NCBI GenBank assembly: GCA_003693705.1 | Contig: RBZT01000705.1 | Span: forward strand, 79,356 to 143,355 | DNA: 64,000 nt | Source of the DNA: Polymyxa betae A26-41 | Taxonomy: Eukaryota > Protista > Endomyxa: Phytomyxea | Direction: 5' to 3' | In this document: one piece after another, positions 61,801-64,000 of the stretch | Layout of the letters: each line of letters opens with the position of its first letter | Numbering within the stretch: the stretch's first letter is position 1 | Program-made: the position numbers and the translations under genes | Notes under the pieces: model-generated | Seen by the model: the letters and a program-made list of their open reading frames with translations, nothing else | Told to the model about the DNA's origin: nothing | The model's database searches: none

Positions 61801-62374
61801 AAACCCAGAAATAGCCGGCAAAGCTCAGTTAACGTCGTTGCATGTGAATTTCTGCCTGCATCTGTCTACCGACGGGATCGATTTGCTGATCAGTGATCGA
61901 CTGACCCGGTTAAGTATCTGCAATCAGAATACCGTCTCCGACAGATTTCTGATGACTATTACTCGGATATGCTCAGAGCTGCTGACGTTAGAGCTGGCCT
62001 TCAACATCTATTTAATGTCACACTCCGCTCTAGCATCCATTTCTCGTCTCAAAAGACTTCAGACACTCGGTACGTCCCGGGCGACTTTCATGGGGAATAC
62101 TTTGAGATCTCGTATAGTTCTTTGCAGGGTTCCGAGTGTATCCGATGAGACGATCTGTTCGATCGCCGAAGGCTGTGTTAACCTGCAGGTCGTGAATGTA
62201 CGAATGTGCCCGGATGTTGGTCTTGTGGGTCTATCAGCATTATATCAGCATTGCCGTTATCTGCGATTGATTCGTTGTCTGCGATGTCCTGCACATCTAC
62301 TGCGACTGTTCCAGGCCCGAAATGTCCAAATCGTCTGTCATTCCATAGATGATTCCTGGCAAACCATTTTGTGA
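58821..62374 (+). CDS. Fusion protein: CDK-like pseudokinase - cyclin N/C boxes - F-box - leucine-rich repeats (spliced)
   Basis: SPEQLMGS...SDMWIFGCLLYEL and IGSPHLDVWPEAAMLPGFSRQFPGW (CDK C-lobe); HRRVLLNWIKTVAEEF...LQLLAEVCLSIAVKL (cyclin box); LLKKCLHFLDGNDLSRLSCLSKSWRQAALDRSLWTNI (F-box); CSSLQYLNLSGS, CVNLQVVNVRMC (LRR); linked by in-frame 44-62 nt GT-AG introns. Confidence 0.8.
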
Positions 62375-62424
62375 CGGTTTCAATATTCGACGATCCCGGC
62401 GTACCATGTTTTAGTCGATGCAGA

Positions 62425-63649
62425 ATGCCAGCTGTTAAGAACCAGCAGGATCGCCCAGCTGACACGCCATTTCGTCAGCAGCGATTGCCGGCTTGGCAGC
62501 CAATTCTGACACCGAAATGGGTCATCATCACCTTTACATCGCTGGGCATTGTTTTCATCCCGATCGGGCTGATCGTCGTCTCGATCTCTAATTTGGTCGT
62601 CGAAGTTATTCAACGATATGACGATATCTGTCCGCCTCCGCCTTCCGAATGCACAATTAATGTCACAATTCCTTCTGATATGCAGCCGCCTGTTTACTTC
62701 TACTACCAGCTGACCAATTTCTACCAGAATCATCGGCGTTATGTGAAATCTAGTATGACACGTCTTTGAAACTAACAGAGTCATTCTTTTTAATTCATGT
62801 AGGAAGTGACGCTCAGCTGCGAGGAGTTGGCGATCTGTCTGAATCCGATCTGGCAAATTGCGATCCGATGATAATGTCGCCTGCTGACCCGACCAAGGTC
62901 CTGTATCCATGCGGGTTGATCGCCAACTCGTTCTTCACCGATCAGTTCAATGCTTCGCTCTACATCCCTGGATCTGTTAATGAGACCATCCTCTCCGGTG
63001 ATAACTGGAATAAGAATGGAATCGCTTGGTCCACCGATGTCCAACAGAAGTTCAAAAAACCAAGACGTAATTACGACGAAGTGACCAGGTGATTTTCGCT
63101 GCTTTCAGTTTCCGTATTGCTTTCGAGATCTCATTTCCGTATTGCTTTCGAGATCTCATTTTGTTTTCCAGATATACAACCAGGCCTGGAATCGGGACGA
63201 TTTTATTGCCTGAAGTTATCGATGAAGAATTAATCGTCTGGATGCGAACAGCGGGCATGCCAACTTTCAAAAAGCTGAATAGAATTATCGGCCAAACGAC
63301 GATTCCAGCCGGGACCGTCATTCAAGTGCGTATCAACAATCAATTTCCAGTCTCCGGGTTTGATGGGCAGAAAGCGATTGTGTTCTCGACGACTTCTGTC
63401 CTCGGAGGGAAGAACCCCTTTCTTGGATTCGCCTACATTAGCGTCGGGTCAATCTCACTAGTACTGGCTATGCTGTTCTTAGCGAAACATTACCATTCGC
63501 CGAGGACGCTGGGCGACATGACGTATTTCCACTGGAATCTATCCGATAAACGAGTTCATCCTGGTGATAATATCGGAACGCAATCGATGAGCCGTCCTGG
63601 CGAAGCTGCCGTCTCCGAAATAGACAAGAAATCTAATGATGACAAATAA
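62425..63649 (+). CDS. CDC50: CDC50/LEM3 family flippase beta subunit (spliced)
   Basis: FRQQRLPAWQPILTP; YYQLTNFYQNHRRYVKS; PCGLIANSFF; IVWMRTAGMPTFKKL; LGGKNPFLGFAY. Confidence 0.96.
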
Positions 63650-63670
63650 TAAATATATTCAATCCACAGG

Positions 63671-64000
63671 TCAAATTATACAACGACTTTCAATAGTGTT
63701 CAGCTGGACGACATCATCAACCTCTCCTTTGAGCACAACCCAAACAACTAGGCAACTGTAATAGGTGGTCTTGCCTGCAGTTTATGTTTATTGAATTCTT
63801 AACACTTAATCGTTGGATCAACGTTGTTTGCCCTTCAACCTTCCTTTCTCGAGCTTTCTAACCTCGAAGTAGCTTGTTGTCGCGATCATTACAGTTTGAT
63901 CTTTTAAGACGACGCCAAGCGAGGCCTGCGAGGGTAATGCTGTGAATAGGCGAAGTAGAGTCGTCGCGCATTTTATTTTAACGTCAAGTGCTCGAGTGTG
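63671..64000 (-). CDS. Possible 3' end of a further gene (partial)
   Basis: Exon-like segment ending VVWVVLKGEVDDVVQLNTIESRCII*; no family recognised. Confidence 0.25.

Noticed and set aside
63109-63158. 25-bp tandem duplication in a CDC50 intron
   Set aside because: Real but a simple local intronic duplication with no evident function

Overview
Gene-dense eukaryotic (protist-like) genomic window with many short (~44-62 nt) GT-AG introns. The intron size, compactness and TTTTAGGG-like motifs would fit a plasmodiophorid/Rhizarian, but that host assignment is inference only. Recognisable housekeeping genes are a CEP350-like protein, Rab1, ATG2, an hnRNP/Hrp1-like RRM protein, SMG9, a kinesin-3, a HELQ-like helicase, BET1, a BEACH protein, COG6 (apparently truncated), GTPBP1/2, NOP12/RBM34, the PP2A A subunit, PEX7, a Reeler protein and CDC50. 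Two things stand out. (1) A single spliced gene at 58821-62374 joins in frame a CDK-derived pseudokinase, both cyclin boxes, an F-box and leucine-rich repeats. (2) A repeat island at ~15.4-19.2 kb carries an endogenous CRESS-DNA-virus Rep gene bracketed by 204-bp inverted repeats of its own 5' end, with an atypical TAGTATT^AG origin hairpin, next to a fold-back repeat element and flanked by genes with sharp GC mosaicism. A decayed PIF/Harbinger-like Myb/SANT relic lies at ~50.5-50.9 kb. All exon models were read by eye and are unverified.
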